Below, one piece after another: positions 62,202 to 64,000 of a stretch of DNA of 64,000 nt; position 1 is the first letter of the stretch, and each line of letters opens with the position of its first letter. The stretch lies in the NCBI RefSeq assembly GCF_021869535.1, contig NW_026262712.1:62744001-62808000 (forward strand), given 5' to 3'. Made by a program: the position numbers and the translations under genes. Under the pieces are notes generated by a model that saw nothing but the letters and a program-made list of their open reading frames with translations, made no database searches and was not told the DNA's origin. The DNA comes from Mytilus californianus (lineage: Eukaryota).

Positions 62202-64000
62202 AACTTATTGTAAAGTGCTCAAGGCTCAAATGATCTCTTGGTTGGTTGTATTCAAAAAATAGTTTCATTGTCAGTACAATGTTTATAATTAATTGCATGA
62301 CTTCCTTTTTAGGCATTAATGGATTAGTTTTTGTGATGTCAGGACTTTCTTATAATTTGGGAAATATTAAAAAAAAATAAGCGTTATAGACATTAGGTGA
62401 CACAACAGTACAAAGAAAAGGTAGGAATTGTATATGTTTCCTGGCTGATTGTGAGTATGAATGTAAATCATGCAATATTTTAGTGAGGAATTATCCTTTT
62501 TTTATTTGACAGTTTAAATCAATAAATACATTTGAGTTACAACTAATTTTTATATCACAGCCAATATTTTGGTCCGGCTTTTAAATCAAATACTATTTCA
62601 TTATGTCAGGGAATGTTTAAATAAAATGACTTTAAAAGTTTTAAATATATTCAAAACTTGAATTATATTCCTGTTTTATTTTATTTCATCGGAACATTGG
62701 AAATAACTATTCTTCCCAACCGCTGGTCCAGTCATCAGAGTTTTGGAAAGCTAAAGATTTAGATTATTTTGATTTTGAAACGTTTTTTTTTTCTTTTTTT
62801 TCCATTGCTTTGATATTGTTTAATTTTTTTGGTAATTTGAAATGATTTATATTTTCATAATAATATTAAAGGTACCAATTTTACTGCACAAGTAAAATTT
62901 AGTCAGTTTCAATCACTGTGTGATAAATCCTTTCAATCGGATAAATGTGATTCGGGGCAGTTGCAACTCGTTCATAGAAACTCTGTGTTTTGAAGTTGTT
63001 AGTAGGCCTAAACAATAGGATATTCCTTTAACTAAGAACATGATTTACATTCATTCTTCACAATTAAGAAACACCAAATCCTACAATTTCATTGTTCTAG
63101 ATCACTTTGCTATATTCTAAACAAAATTAGTCTCTCCCATTGAAATAATCAAACCTTAATTTGAGATCACTTTAAGTGTTCACATGGTTAGTAAAAGTGA
63201 TGTAAATCATATTTAATTGGCATTTCAAAAGATGGGATGAAATAGCAATGAGATAGTTTTGTGATAAAAAAAAGGATAAATTATTCAAAAATGGAGATTT
63301 CCCTTGCTTCAGGTACAATTTAATCTTACATACCTAAAATTCCTTCATTTTAATAAAGCATAAAATGTTATATAAATCAGCTTAAGTTTTCTAAAATTGT
63401 TTTTTTTTTATTGATGAATGTATTGTTTTTTAATTGATGAATGTATTGTTTTTATCAATAGTCATTGTTTCTTAAAACATTGAGTTTGAGGTTTGGTATA
63501 AAAATTTGATTAGATATTACATGTATTTTACCAACACCTTTGTCCCCTTTTATAATTTTTTTTCGGAAAGGGGGGGGGGGTTAAATATATACCATTCAAT
63601 AACATTTATAATGTTGAAATCTCAACTTGAAATACTTTTTTAGTTCTATTCTCCTGATTTAATTTATAATTCCGGGTAATTAAACAAACAACAGTACTCA
63701 TGATTTTTTCTTTTTCTTTTATCCCTTTGGCATTGCCTTGGGGGTTGTACACTTCGAAATTTTAAGAGTTCTTTCATAGTTAATCTACAATAAAAAGTCA
63801 TCCATGTGTAGCATTTTATAGTGCATGGAAAGCCAAATACTATGAAAAATAGAAGGGAAAATACTGATTTTCCAGTAGACGAGTATGTTCTAATTGAAAA
63901 TATAAATGTATGTATTAAAGTTGAGCATGCACGTGTTTATATTTATGCAAACAAACACTCGTGAGTGTGTGTCTTTATAGTGGTCATCTATTGGTGTTAT

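Noticed and set aside
1-64000. tRNA, rRNA and snRNA genes
   Set aside because: No cloverleaf or rRNA-like segment was recognised by eye. A tRNAscan-SE/Infernal run would be needed to exclude short ncRNAs.

Overview
AT-rich eukaryotic genomic DNA with spliceosomal introns. The repeat families resemble those of bivalve molluscs, probably Mytilus (inference). Host genes: (1) the 3' part of an SLC16/monocarboxylate transporter gene (+, 1042-7330) with two tandem, intact versions of its last coding exon; (2) a complete three-exon MIF/D-dopachrome tautomerase-like gene (-, 55320-58750, 127 aa) missed by the ORF track; (3) a DUSP-only USP15/4/11 pseudogene (-, exons at 38.0, 20.9 and 18.7 kb); (4) an unidentified pseudogene with an exon split by a Helentron-type insertion (45.2-48.1 kb). 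The main finding is a bounded 12,007-bp DNA transposon at 23232-35238, inside intron 1 of the USP15 pseudogene. It has 27-bp TIRs (CACTCTAAG...), a 4-bp TSD (AATC) and a decayed spliced gene of about 1800 codons. That gene encodes an Academ-like transposase fused to a PIN-fold 5' nuclease whose motifs (GEAE, SGDID, GGNDFLP) look more like XRN than XPG. A 4.13-kb internal tandem duplication carries mostly complementary lesions. The rest is Penelope-like and LINE fragments, SINEs, several MITE families, HINE elements with satellite arrays and a nested tandem duplication at 49.3-54.0 kb. No rRNA, tRNA or CRISPR array was found. All family assignments come from manual motif reading, not database searches.
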